Positions 24,198-32,262 of a stretch of DNA of 52,522 bases are shown piece after piece. Every line of letters begins with the position of its first letter. Position 1 is the stretch's first letter. A program made the translations under genes and the position numbers. The notes under the pieces were generated by a model, which was not told the origin of the DNA, made no database searches, and saw only the letters and a program-made list of their open reading frames with translations. The stretch is from a virus. Lineage: Duplodnaviria; Caudoviricetes. The stretch lies in the IMG/VR virus record IMGVR_UViG_3300037150_000196, positions 1 through 52,522 of that record. One strand, 5' to 3'.

Positions 24198-24941
24198 ATT
24201 AAACTATTCAAACTAACAGATTCAGACAACAAAACGAGAGATGACACCAAGTGGGGTGAGAACGTCACTCACCAGCTCAAGAAAGTCAAAAATCCCCAAC
24301 TGTGTTCAGGTGATGTCCTACACGCCTATACCAATGTCAATTTAGGGCTTATCCTAAATCCGATTCACGGCGATATCCAAGATCTTAACATCTGGGAGGC
24401 AGAGGGCGATATAGTGGTTAAAGATTACGGAAAAGTCGGGGTTTTTTCGCTTACCACCACTGGGCTGATACCACCTCCTGCGTGGATAAGTTCCGATAAA
24501 GAAAAAAGCGTTCGGGTAATGTTTGCGATTCTTTGTGCCGAGAGTGTCCTGAAGTACTTTGAGAATAAGTATCCAAAAGACAATAGACCGAGAAGAGCGA
24601 TAGAAGCAGCAAAAGGATACCTTAAACACCCAACGGCTCGTGCGGCTCGTGCGGCGGCTGATGCGGCTTATGCGGCTCGTGCGGCTTATATGGCTTATGC
24701 GGCGGATAATGCGGCTGATGCGGCGGCTCGTGCGGCTTATACGGCTTATGCGGCTTATGCGGCGGCTCGTGCGGCTTATACGGCTCGTGCGGCTTATATG
24801 GCTTATGCGGCTTATGCGGCGGCTCGTGCGGCTTATACGGCTTATGCTGAAATTGACTTTGCCCTCCTAGTTGATATGGCGGTCGAATTGATTATGAACC
24901 CAAAAAAGAAACCTAAAAAACTAGTAAAGGCTAAAAAATGA
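24198..24941 (+). CDS. Phage protein with an Imm5-like D.RPR.AIEAA motif and Ala-rich repeats; probable ATT start at 24198
   Basis: The frame of track ORF 24414..24941 is open 72 codons further upstream (KLFKLTD...WGENVTH...LCS...HAY...LNPIH). GGAG lies 5 nt before the ATT, and an in-frame TGA sits at 24174. Confidence 0.7.
   Translation: MKLFKLTDSDNKTRDDTKWGENVTHQLKKVKNPQLCSGDVLHAYTNVNLGLILNPIHGDIQDLNIWEAEGDIVVKDYGKVGVFSLTTTGLIPPPAWISSDKEKSVRVMFAILCAESVLKYFENKYPKDNRPRRAIEAAKGYLKHPTARAARAAADAAYAARAAYMAYAADNAADAAARAAYTAYAAYAAARAAYTARAAYMAYAAYAAARAAYTAYAEIDFALLVDMAVELIMNPKKKPKKLVKAKK
24633..24848 (+). repeat. Degenerate GCGGCT(TAT/CGT/GAT) repeat array encoding AAY/AAR/AAD
   Basis: Visible directly. 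Confidence 0.9.
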
Positions 24942-25102
24942 CATTTGATTATGAGTGGATAGAAAAACAAGAAGATGTCCGAAAACATATCCAGGAGTGC
25001 GAGGGGAAACATACTCAGCAAGCGATATACAGTACCTTTCACTACGCTCTGACTCAGATATGCTTTGGGTGCCAAAAAGTAAGAAGTACTATCAAGCGAT
25101 GA
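24938..25102 (+). CDS. Small hypothetical protein (54 aa)
   Basis: ATGA overlaps at both ends; MTFDYEWIEKQ...ICFGCQKVRSTIKR. Confidence 0.55.
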   Translation: MTFDYEWIEKQEDVRKHIQECEGKHTQQAIYSTFHYALTQICFGCQKVRSTIKR

Positions 25103-25464
25103 CTAAATATGACAATGTCGAGTTGATTAAGTTCTTGCGAGGGCAACATTGGCTTTTAATGAGTGAAAGGGAGCAAGCTGAAGCCTTTGCTAACGCACTT
25201 GAAGCGCAGGACAAGTCGGACTCTGAACCTTCCAGTGGGGAGCCCGAAGATAATGGTTGTGCCTGTGGTGAATGTCTTACTATGAAGTTGTGCAAAAATT
25301 GCATATGTGGTGGTATACCAATGCTTAAACCTATCAAACCCCAACCAGAGTCTGTGGAGAAGATAAATAAATTGTCTTATGGTTTACTATTACCAGATGA
25401 GTTAGTTGATAAAATAAATAACGCACTAGATAAGTTGACGATAATAAAGGAGGACAAATGCTAG
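25099..25464 (+). CDS. Cys-cluster hypothetical protein (track ORF 24955..25464 with revised start)
   Basis: ATGA coupling at 25099; CACGEC...CKNCIC. Confidence 0.55.
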   Translation: MTKYDNVELIKFLRGQHWLLMSEREQAEAFANALEAQDKSDSEPSSGEPEDNGCACGECLTMKLCKNCICGGIPMLKPIKPQPESVEKINKLSYGLLLPDELVDKINNALDKLTIIKEDKC

Positions 25465-25871
25465 AATTACTAACGGTTGAAAAATTAAAGGCGATGAATG
25501 ACGGAGATATATTTGCCCAAGGCACTATCGTTGACTCTCCTGAAGGTATAAATATGACGAGAACAGAAAAGATGTTAGACTGGGTCGCTTGTAGGGGTCA
25601 AGGTTATCACGACTGGGCTATTTATTGTACTTTTAGTGATAGTTATTGGAGCGAAGACGACATACCACGCTGGAAAAAGGTTGACGAGACTTTTAGAAAC
25701 CTCGCCTATTTAGGTGAGCCAGATTTTAGAAACACCCTGACTGGCATAGTCAAAGACCGTGAAGCCCAAACATATCTAGGTAAAAAAGTGGTAGCTATTT
25801 TGGGGCTGATAGGAGTAATCGTTGGGATAATCACTGGAATCTTTGCGACTATGTACTATGGCCACAAATAG
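25458..25871 (+). CDS. Hypothetical protein with a C-terminal TM helix (possibly chimeric)
   Basis: GGAGG SD; soluble N-half and hydrophobic C-terminus. Confidence 0.6.
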   Translation: MLELLTVEKLKAMNDGDIFAQGTIVDSPEGINMTRTEKMLDWVACRGQGYHDWAIYCTFSDSYWSEDDIPRWKKVDETFRNLAYLGEPDFRNTLTGIVKDREAQTYLGKKVVAILGLIGVIVGIITGIFATMYYGHK

Positions 25872-25905
25872 ATGGTGTATAATAAAATAAATAAGGAGGT
25901 TCTAA

Positions 25906-26046
25906 ATGCTTGAGCTGATTCTAATTGTTCTGCTCGTTCTGTTCTTGCTTGGTGGTTTTGGTCACGTTCTGGCTTGGATTGTATCGCTACCACTGGCGGT
26001 GGTGCTTTTGATTGTAGTAGTAATTGTGTTAGTAAGTAAAAAATAA
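25906..26046 (+). CDS. Small hydrophobic membrane protein (46 aa)
   Basis: AAGGAGG SD; MLELILIVLLVLFLLGGFG...VLVSKK. Confidence 0.65.
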   Translation: MLELILIVLLVLFLLGGFGHVLAWIVSLPLAVVLLIVVVIVLVSKK

Positions 26047-26054
26047 GGAGGTAA

Positions 26055-26966
26055 ATGATTAAAGGCGTAGACGTTTCACAGTATCAAAGTTCGATCAACT
26101 GGCCGGCGCTAAAAAATAGCGTAGATTTTGCGATTATCAAATCAACTGGTGGTTGCCCTGATCCGGGTCAGCCAGACAGCCAGTATCTCGATCCCCATTT
26201 TGAAACCAATAAGACTGAGGCTAGAAACTCTGGTATCTTGCATGGTTTCTATCACTTCTCTTACCCCCAGTACAACACGCCCGAAGCCGAGGCTGAGTAT
26301 GTTGCCCGTGTCCTTAGTGATATCCAACCCGGCGAAATAGTTGCCTTGGACTTTGAGGAAGCCTATGACGGCGACTCAGTGGCGTGGTGTCTAGCGTGGC
26401 TTAACAAGGCTGAGCAATTACTAGGATTCAAACCATTGCTTTACATCAATCTTGCTCTAGCTAAGGCGCACGATTGGCAACCAGTTATTAGCGCCGGCTA
26501 CGGTCTATGGTTAGCAGAATGGACGTTTAACGATAACGGCGTATACGACACCAGTCAACCCTGGCCGATGGCGGCGTTTATGCAGTACTCAGACAAAGGC
26601 CAAGTAAGTGGTATTCCCACCACAGTCGATCTCGATCTGTTCTTTGGTGACGCAGCGCAGTTCCAAGCCTACGGTAAACCTCAGCCAGCTCAACCATTAC
26701 AACCAACGATACCAGCCCCAGTTGAGATAACGGCCGAACTAACCCCAGAGCAACCAACGGAAGTGGCCGAGCCTATCTCGGACGTGCCGCCACATAACAC
26801 GCCTGAAACCCCGGCTACTCCTGAGGTTGAGCCAGTTGTTAGTTCTACTTCAGATACTCCAGTCACTATCGTTACTCACGAAACAATCCTAATCGAACTA
26901 CTCGATGAGTTAAAAAGCTTGGTCGAGCGAGTAGTAGATAAGTTGGAAGGAAAAAAAAATGATTAA
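26055..26966 (+). CDS. GH25 lysozyme (endolysin) with a Pro/Thr-rich tail
   Basis: GVDVSQYQ, GFYHF, ALDFE, LWLA, QYS..G.V.GI...VDLD. Confidence 0.92.
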   Translation: MIKGVDVSQYQSSINWPALKNSVDFAIIKSTGGCPDPGQPDSQYLDPHFETNKTEARNSGILHGFYHFSYPQYNTPEAEAEYVARVLSDIQPGEIVALDFEEAYDGDSVAWCLAWLNKAEQLLGFKPLLYINLALAKAHDWQPVISAGYGLWLAEWTFNDNGVYDTSQPWPMAAFMQYSDKGQVSGIPTTVDLDLFFGDAAQFQAYGKPQPAQPLQPTIPAPVEITAELTPEQPTEVAEPISDVPPHNTPETPATPEVEPVVSSTSDTPVTIVTHETILIELLDELKSLVERVVDKLEGKKND

Positions 26967-27147
26967 ATCATTACAAGGCTACAAAGTCTATTTTGTGTCA
27001 ATTATAGCCATCATCTATTTTGTAGTTGCTTGGTCAACTGGTAACGTCAGCCAAGTGGCTGGTGTCTCCGGTATTTTTACCGCACTTGGTGCGATGGGAT
27101 TCCGCTCAGCTCTCGCCTCAACGCTTGAGCAATTGCTAATTAAGTAA
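26959..27147 (+). CDS. Holin-like two-TM protein (paralog of 31305..31487)
   Basis: L.GYK.Y...I..IIY...G...RSA. Follows the lysin. Confidence 0.65.
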   Translation: MIKSLQGYKVYFVSIIAIIYFVVAWSTGNVSQVAGVSGIFTALGAMGFRSALASTLEQLLIK

Positions 27148-27459
27148 ATGAAACAGCCGTACACCCAACTAACCTTAAAGCACTTGAGGAAGTTGGGTTA
27201 TACGGTGGCAGTTGTTGAACATTGGAATGGGTTTACCAATAATCGGGTAGACCTTTTCAATATAATCGACCTAATCGCAATTAAGCCTGGCGAGATATTA
27301 GGTGTCCAGTCGACCTCAGACAAACAGCGTAATGCCCATATCAGGAAGATAGTTGCCGAGCCGCTACTCCAAGAGTGGCTGGACAGCGGAGCTAAGTTCC
27401 AGCTCATTACCTGGGCTAAGCCAAAGTTTCGCTATATCCCAACAATTGAGAACTTTTGA
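27148..27459 (+). CDS. PD-(D/E)xK nuclease, resolvase-like
   Basis: LRKLGY.V..VE...DLFNIIDLIAIK...LGVQ.T motif. Confidence 0.65.
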   Translation: MKQPYTQLTLKHLRKLGYTVAVVEHWNGFTNNRVDLFNIIDLIAIKPGEILGVQSTSDKQRNAHIRKIVAEPLLQEWLDSGAKFQLITWAKPKFRYIPTIENF

Positions 27460-27515
27460 CAATCTCCACAAACGGAATACTGTAAAGTAATAGTTCGTAC
27501 TTTAGGAGTAACATT

Positions 27516-27692
27516 ATGAAAAAGTGTCGATATTGTGGGAGTGACGATCTCCACCCATTTTCTAATTTGACTCACTGCTTAAATTGTCAACTCTACCTCG
27601 ACGATGAGGACGTGGTTGACGATGAGGACATTGAGCCATCATTATTCGCCGATACCTCTCCAAAGGAGGACGAGTTCAGCTGTGACTACTAA
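27516..27692 (+). CDS. Small Zn-ribbon acidic protein (58 aa)
   Basis: TTGACA promoter at 27456, AGGAG SD; CRYC...CLNC. Confidence 0.6.
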   Translation: MKKCRYCGSDDLHPFSNLTHCLNCQLYLDDEDVVDDEDIEPSLFADTSPKEDEFSCDY

Positions 27693-27754
27693 ACAAAGAG
27701 TTGGTCATTACAGAAAACATCTCAAGTTGCCCCGTCCGAGATTGGAGGTACACG

Positions 27755-28012
27755 ATGGACAGGCACGAATCCGCCCGAAGGTTGCAACAGCAAATAGCTC
27801 TTGCTCTAATAGTCGAAAATAGCCTAGCACTCTGCACCTGGACGTGTGGAATTGAAGGTTGTGAGGGACATATCGAGAGCCAGTATGTTGGCTTGCCCGG
27901 CGAAGGAGATTATATCGGTTGTAACTGCGACAAGTGCTATCGTACATATAACCCGAAGATTTCCTTTGAGTTAGTCCGGCAACTCGACCTACCGAAAGGA
28001 GAGATCATATGA
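27755..28012 (+). CDS. Cys-rich hypothetical protein (track ORF 27701..28012 with revised start)
   Basis: GGAGGT SD before the ATG at 27755. Confidence 0.55.
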   Translation: MDRHESARRLQQQIALALIVENSLALCTWTCGIEGCEGHIESQYVGLPGEGDYIGCNCDKCYRTYNPKISFELVRQLDLPKGEII

Positions 28013-28016
28013 TTAC

Positions 28017-28052
28017 AGCCCTCATTTCTTACAAAGAAGTGGGGGCTTATTA
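28017..28052 (+). terminator. Hairpin, probable terminator
   Basis: AGCCCTCATTTCT/AGAAGTGGGGGCT stem followed by TATT. Confidence 0.5.
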
Positions 28053-28121
28053 CTTGACAAAATCTAGAAATTTATAACAAAACACGCTACGCTAGCTAGG
28101 TCATGCAAGTTAAAGGAGTCG

Positions 28122-28793
28122 ATAAAACGACTTAAAAACGAAGCACCACACCCACTCTGTCTATCCTGTGTACTCTGGAATCCCTTGAAGTTTATACTCT
28201 TAGCAATCCTGCTCGCATTTATACTTGTACCCTCGACTTACGGTCAGTCTGTTACGTTAGTGGGTTCTGACGTATCTACCGGGAATTCTGGTAATTCGTT
28301 GCCATCTTCTAGCCAAAGTCAATTAGTTGGTTCAATTAGTTGCCTTAATGTTCAAATTTGTGAACTTGTCAGAAATACAGTTTCTATTAAAATAACTCAA
28401 AGTGAGTACCAAGCCCAGCAAGAGGCCATTGCGAAGCAAAAAGCTCTCACAGCAGCCAGTTCTAACGGTAACTTAGGGGTATTACAAAAGCCTGCGGTTA
28501 AGCAGGCTAATGCAGAGAGTTTTGTGACGGTACAAAATAGCTCTGCCTATACGCTACCACCAATTTTTGCTAAAATAAAACAATGCGAGAGTGGAAATGA
28601 TCCAGTTGCTCAAAATCCTCACTCTACAGCCAGTGGTTTATACCAAGTATTAAATTCTACGTGGAATAATTACGATGGTTATGCCAGGGCTATGTATGCA
28701 CCCCCTGCTGTTCAAGAGCAATTTGCGCTTGAGCTTTATACACGGCGAGGGACTGAGCCGTGGATTTCATCTTCCAGTTGCTGGCAGGGTTAA
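28122..28793 (+). CDS. Secreted Rpf/transglycosylase-like protein; probable ATA start at 28122 (track start 28185)
   Basis: Signal-like N-terminus. C-terminal IKQCESG......N..STASGLYQ..STW...A.PAVQ...A..LY...G..PW. Confidence 0.85.
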   Translation: MKRLKNEAPHPLCLSCVLWNPLKFILLAILLAFILVPSTYGQSVTLVGSDVSTGNSGNSLPSSSQSQLVGSISCLNVQICELVRNTVSIKITQSEYQAQQEAIAKQKALTAASSNGNLGVLQKPAVKQANAESFVTVQNSSAYTLPPIFAKIKQCESGNDPVAQNPHSTASGLYQVLNSTWNNYDGYARAMYAPPAVQEQFALELYTRRGTEPWISSSSCWQG

Positions 28794-28945
28794 TAAAGTT
28801 AGGCTTAAAACCTTTGGCACGGCTTTTATTATTACAACCTATAGAGCAAGTAAGACTACGCTTACCTACGTGTTTCATTATCGGTTGGTACAGTTTACCA
28901 CAGACTATACAAGGAACTTCAGGAATTTTTTGTTCTGGTTTTAGT

Positions 28946-29383
28946 CTACTCTTTAACTGGGGTAATCCCAGCTTCAGCCATTAACTGTTCGTTAGTAGTA
29001 CTAGTGGGGATCGGGGTCACCGCTGGGATAGTCGTTTTTACGGTCAAAATCTTCTCAGACGCTTGTTTTTCTTTGGCAATGATAAGTTGGTTAGCTATTT
29101 GTTCAGCCGTTTGTTGTGTCAAGTATGGCGAGGTACTGTCGAGCGTGATTGTGAGCGGATCACGTCCGACTGAGCAAATGGTATTAGTTAGGCACTTAAT
29201 ACTCTCCGAATTACCAGGAATCCCGGTAGATACAGAATTAGAAACAATTACCTGGCCCTGTACTGACGTTGGGTATAAACAAAAACTAGCAATAAGCATT
29301 ATTGATAAGACGAACTTCCGGGAGTTACTGAGTATTTTTGAGTATCTGAGGGGGTGTAGTGAACCGTTCCAAAGTCTACGAAT
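28946..29383 (-). pseudogene. Truncated paralog of the 28122 transglycosylase gene lacking the catalytic domain; probable ATT start at 29383
   Basis: N-terminal ~100 aa align with the plus-strand gene (HPL, KF, VSTG..GNS, I.CL...IC). Stops after LMAEAGITP. Confidence 0.55.
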
Positions 29384-29449
29384 AGACTCCTTTGCTTTTC
29401 ATGACGTTATTAAACGTAATAAAAGTCACAAAAAATGTCAAGGCACATA

Positions 29450-29833
29450 CTATTTATTTAGAGATTTTACCAAATCCTTGTACTGTTTTTTTAAATCTTC
29501 AAGTTTTTCTTTCCACTCATATTCTTTAATAGGTCTAATAGGATAGGCTTTTGCTTTTAATCTTTCATATCGACCAGGCCATTTGACTAGAAACCATTCA
29601 GCATTCTCTAATGGTGAATTGTGCCAAGAATTCCTAGCCCACTCATGATCTGAGGCGCACATTGCGATTATGTTATCTGGGTCCGCAGCAGTATTACCAA
29701 AGGTTATTGGAAAAATATGAGCTCCTTGAATTTGTCCAGCCAACTTTCCTTTGCCACATTTTTGGCATATCCACGAGTCCCTTTCCTTCGCTACTTTTTT
29801 AGCTATATCAATTGCTTTTTGCCTTGTTGTCAT
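29450..29833 (-). CDS. NinG-like/HNH nuclease
   Basis: RD...CQKCG...AHIFP...D..N...MCASDH motif. Confidence 0.7.
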   Translation of the reverse strand: MTTRQKAIDIAKKVAKERDSWICQKCGKGKLAGQIQGAHIFPITFGNTAADPDNIIAMCASDHEWARNSWHNSPLENAEWFLVKWPGRYERLKAKAYPIRPIKEYEWKEKLEDLKKQYKDLVKSLNK

Positions 29834-30050
29834 ATTGTTTTAACCCACTAGTATTCCGGCCCTTACCAAGACCACGTTTTAAGCGATTCAATTTATTAAG
29901 TCTATTTTTATAGGTAGTTCGGCAACTTTCTTTTTGGCAGAGTTTTGATTGCCAACTCATAGCACGAAATTCCTGGTTACAAACGATACACCGCCTTATT
30001 TCTATACTCCTACGGAAACCAAACCAGTTGGTTACGCTCATAAGAACCAC
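29808..30050 (-). CDS. Small Zn-finger protein
   Basis: CIVC..EF......KLC....C. Confidence 0.5.
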   Translation of the reverse strand: MVLMSVTNWFGFRRSIEIRRCIVCNQEFRAMSWQSKLCQKESCRTTYKNRLNKLNRLKRGLGKGRNTSGLKQYDNKAKSN

Positions 30051-30421
30051 CTATCCTTTACGTAACATTCGTGAGAACAATATTTACTGTCCTTGGTTAC
30101 TTGCGAATTACGAACCTTTCTTGGGGAGCCACACACCTTACATAAAATTTCAGTTGAGCCGCCCACCCTCTTTAGATTATTCATTCTTCCATCTTTAGTC
30201 ATATGACATTTACGGCAGAGCCATTCCCAATTTTCAAAATTCCTATCATATATCCCTTTATTGGCAAGGTCTAAGGGTGGAACTATACCACAACATTCAC
30301 ATAGATCAGGTTTTTTTAGATACCTAGTAACCCAAACGTGTAAACCAGCTTTTTTAACTAATTCACCCTTCCAGTTAGGATTATTACTCCCTAGGACCGA
30401 ACTAACTTTTTCTTTATTCAT
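30038..30421 (-). CDS. Free-standing HNH endonuclease
   Basis: G.NNPNWKG...LH.WV...KP..CECCG...DLAN...N...LCRKCH...D, followed by CKVCG...KYCS.EC. Confidence 0.75.
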   Translation of the reverse strand: MNKEKVSSVLGSNNPNWKGELVKKAGLHVWVTRYLKKPDLCECCGIVPPLDLANKGIYDRNFENWEWLCRKCHMTKDGRMNNLKRVGGSTEILCKVCGSPRKVRNSQVTKDSKYCSHECYVKDRWFL

Positions 30422-30487
30422 AGTACTATACTATAACACTACTATACATAAAACCAGTTTGCTATGCTCGTAAACATAATATAACAC

Positions 30488-30517
30488 AAAACACCGCCGG
30501 CGACGCAGCGATGTTTT
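30488..30517 (-). terminator. Intrinsic terminator
   Basis: Minus-strand AAAACATCGCTG/CGGCGGTGTTTT stem with a U-rich tail. Confidence 0.55.
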
Positions 30518-30730
30518 AAGTTATGTTCAGATCTCGACCTGACCACATATTTATTATGCTCAGTAAGGGGGCATGACTGTCAATACCCGACAACCCTGCC
30601 CCCCCACGGAATTTTAAACCGAGCAGATGATCCAGTCAGTTGACCCGTCGCAGCATCTCCAGCCGAGGCATCTGTTGACAATTTTTGGTGAGGTGAATAC
30701 ATTATGTATTCTTTTTAAAAATAGCACAAC

Positions 30731-30771
30731 AAAAAGACCGAACGCGCGAGGAGGGGGTCGGCGTCCGGTCT
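30731..30771 (-). terminator. Terminator-like hairpin with a C-rich (CCCCCTCCTC) loop
   Basis: AGACCGGACGC/GCGTTCGGTCT stem followed by TTTTG. Confidence 0.6.
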
Positions 30772-30795
30772 CTAAGTCTAGCGTATAGCTATTTT

Positions 30796-31104
30796 TTACT
30801 GAGCAACAGTAGGGTCAACAGGTGCGTCTTCTGCGGCTGGTGCCTCAGGAGCAACTTCAGGAGTTGCTTCTGCTACTGGCTCGGCCACAACTTCGTTAAC
30901 CGGAGCTGTTTCAACAACAGGAACCACTGGAGTAGCTGGTTCTACTTTGGCTGGAAACTGATCAATATTACTTTTAAACTTATTCATAAGATCAGCTATT
31001 TTTGTAACCATAGTACCTGGAAACTGAGCGTTCTCTAATAGACCCAATACGTACTCCCAATCTTCTTTTACTAAACCGGCGATATCATTAATTTCGTCTT
31101 GCAT
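30796..31104 (-). CDS. Hypothetical protein with an acidic Pro/Ala-rich tail
   Basis: AAGGA SD; in the ORF track. Confidence 0.65.
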   Translation of the reverse strand: MQDEINDIAGLVKEDWEYVLGLLENAQFPGTMVTKIADLMNKFKSNIDQFPAKVEPATPVVPVVETAPVNEVVAEPVAEATPEVAPEAPAAEDAPVDPTVAQ

Positions 31105-31130
31105 ATTTAATTCCTTACTAGATTATTAAT

Positions 31131-31289
31131 TTATAATAATGACGCTGCGAATCCAAAGGCAATACCCCAAAGACCAAATGTCTGAGCACTTATACTGCTT
31201 GTAAAGACCGTACCACTTATAAGAGCCGCTATAACTAACAAGATCACAGCTACAACCAAAAACAATTTATTTAACCATGGATAATTCAT
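31131..31289 (-). CDS. Small two-TM membrane protein (52 aa)
   Basis: AAGGAG SD; MNYPWLNKLFLVVAVILLV...GFAASLL. Confidence 0.6.
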   Translation of the reverse strand: MNYPWLNKLFLVVAVILLVIAALISGTVFTSSISAQTFGLWGIAFGFAASLL

Positions 31290-31304
31290 ATTTCTCCTTA
31301 TCTA

Positions 31305-31487
31305 TTAACCTAATATTTGATAACTTTTTGCAATACCACTACGCAGAGCTGATGCCATACCAGAACCTAAGACCATCGGAATCGCTTGACTCCAACCCAT
31401 ATGACCAGTAAAAGCTGCTGACAGAGCATAAATAACCGTAACAATCGCCAAGATATGCGTCTTATAACCTCTTAATTCGTTCCACAT
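31305..31487 (-). CDS. Holin-like two-TM protein
   Basis: LRGYKTHILA...LRSGIAK. Follows the endolysin. Confidence 0.65.
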   Translation of the reverse strand: MWNELRGYKTHILAIVTVIYALSAAFTGHMGWSQAIPMVLGSGMASALRSGIAKSYQILG

Positions 31488-31506
31488 TTTTATTGTTCCT
31501 TTCTAT

Positions 31507-32145
31507 TTAATAATGTAAATTTCCACTGAACACAAAGTGACCAAGCGAGCTTTTAACCCAGTTAGAGTTTCCACCTACATTTGAACCCTGTACAATCGCA
31601 ACACCCGTAAACGTATTACCTGGTTGTATAACGCTAGTAATCTGAGCAGATATTGACGGAGCAGTTCTGACGTTACTAGTTCTAAGAACTGTGACGTTAA
31701 AATTAACTGGAGCTGGTTGTGGAGTTGGTGCAGGTTGAGGAGCAGGAGCTGGTGCTACAAGCGGAGCTATACCAATATTATGAACTGTGCCGTCCGCTAC
31801 CCAACCGGCCGGAGCGTGTTCAAGACCAAACCATGGATCAGAAGTAACTCCGTTATGTTCAAGTACCCAGTGCTTAAAACCAGACCAGTTACCCTCTGCT
31901 AAAGTATACCCAGAACCATTCATATTTATCTGTGAGTAAATTTTTGGTAGAACTCCCCAGACTAATTCACTATTCTCAAATCCACCATTGGCGTTCATTT
32001 TGCCTATGAAGTCCTGTGGAGTTACATTATAACCAGCAAGATTCAAAGCATTCACACATGAGATTGCGAGACAACCTTCTTTTGCTACACTTAATCCTCC
32101 GTTACCTAATGTCAAATCTGGAAAATCTGTCTGTTTAAATATCAT
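31507..32145 (-). CDS. Endolysin-like protein: C39/papain-like peptidase plus SH3b domain
   Basis: FKQ.D...EGC...S, HWVL, DPW. Pro linker. C-terminal SNVRTAPS...W.K...G.V. Confidence 0.7.
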   Translation of the reverse strand: MIFKQTDFPDLTLGNGGLSVAKEGCLAISCVNALNLAGYNVTPQDFIGKMNANGGFENSELVWGVLPKIYSQINMNGSGYTLAEGNWSGFKHWVLEHNGVTSDPWFGLEHAPAGWVADGTVHNIGIAPLVAPAPAPQPAPTPQPAPVNFNVTVLRTSNVRTAPSISAQITSVIQPGNTFTGVAIVQGSNVGGNSNWVKSSLGHFVFSGNLHY

Positions 32146-32169
32146 ATAACCTCCTTTATTAATTTAATC

Positions 32170-32262
32170 TTATGCCCAAACTAATCGAAGTGTCAAATAA
32201 AAACTTGTTAAAACAAGAATTCCCACAACAGTCCAGAGTATTATCCACTCCCAGTCTGGCAT
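32170..32262 (-). CDS. Single-TM peptide (30 aa)
   Basis: TAATG coupling; MPDWEWIILWTVVGILVLTSFYLTLRLVWA. Confidence 0.45.
   Translation of the reverse strand: MPDWEWIILWTVVGILVLTSFYLTLRLVWA

Noticed and set aside
24640-24870. MRLVRRL-repeat ORF
   Set aside because: Alternate frame of the Ala-repeat tract.
29004-29546. 180-aa plus-strand ORF
   Set aside because: Antisense shadow of the truncated transglycosylase paralog and the end of the NinG-like gene.
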